From Nageia nagi (lineage: Eukaryota; Plantae; Pinophyta), in the NCBI GenBank assembly GCA_050084985.1, contig JBITNC010000001.1, positions 184,946,001-185,010,000 of the forward strand: DNA of 64,000 bases. The letters run 5' to 3'. The translations under genes were made by a program, and so were the position numbers. This document shows, piece after piece, positions 63,501 through 64,000 of the stretch (within the stretch, counting starts at the first letter, position 1; each line of letters begins with the position of its first letter). The notes under the pieces were generated by a model. That model was not told where the DNA came from and made no database searches. It saw nothing but the letters and a program-made list of their open reading frames with translations.

Positions 63501-64000
63501 TTTTTCATAAACATAAATGCATATGTGATACATGATTTTCATCTTGCATTGTTGTCGTGGATACATTTACTATATAATGGATTGCTCAGTGCCCCACTCA
63601 TGCTTTTGTAAATGTTGTAACATAGCAACAATGATGAGATGTTTTATTGTTGTTTCAATCATCGATGTTGATTTTGATTTTTTTTTTGTTATTTTATATT
63701 TTTATTGATTTTATATCGATATACCTAATCAAGTACTTATGATGAATAAAATAATGCTAATTTCCCCATCAAAGACTTTAGGATGGAACTATTTATGATT
63801 TGATATCATCAAAGATTCATGATGAGGAATATGATGATAACACTTATCCCATCAAAGACATATGGGATTATTCTTGTATTTTTATTTTTTAAATGTTGAT
63901 TTTGATATTCTTAAATATCTTCAAATTTAAGGATAATGATTTGAAAAATTGTAGTATTAGATTGTATCATTTACCAAACTTGGCTACTAATACTTTTTAT
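60506..64000 (-). mobile_element. Tat/Ogre-like element nested in the preceding integrase: 3' LTR 60506-61540, PPT, and 3' internal region probably running off the window
   Basis: Minus strand AAAAAGGGGCAAAA-TGTAGACACCTAAAA...GGTAGACA; the integrase reading stops abruptly at 60505. Confidence 0.78.
62222..62525. repeat. Tandem/segmental repeats in the element's 3' region
   Basis: gttgcatgacaagactctagtttgtct...cgaagcgagtatgtgat x3 within a duplication of about 200-bp period. Confidence 0.85.

Overview
AT-rich eukaryotic land-plant DNA. Giant TE-filled introns suggest a large-genome plant such as a gymnosperm, but this is inference. The window holds one intact host gene on the + strand: exosome subunit RRP42/EXOSC7, with 7 coding exons from 5169 to 53034 (870 nt CDS, 289 aa) and introns of 28.0 kb and 15.4 kb. 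These introns and the 3' flank are stacks of nested, decayed transposons: a full-length Ty1/copia, chromovirus- and Tat/Ogre-type Ty3/gypsy remnants, many solo LTRs with target-site duplications (TSDs), and two hAT transposase relics. The most unusual signal lies in two nested, inverted copies of a long solo LTR in intron 5. Each carries eight interspaced 46-bp palindromes, and their spacing (about 114, 114, 114, 145, 145, 72, 218 bp, all near whole helical turns) is conserved while the spacers have diverged. Other oddities are a hAT fragment bracketed by a 110-bp duplication, a hairpin of two reverse-transcriptase copies, PBS/anti-PBS hairpins, and inverted LTR pairs flanking exons 5-6. All calls were made by eye; no searches were run.
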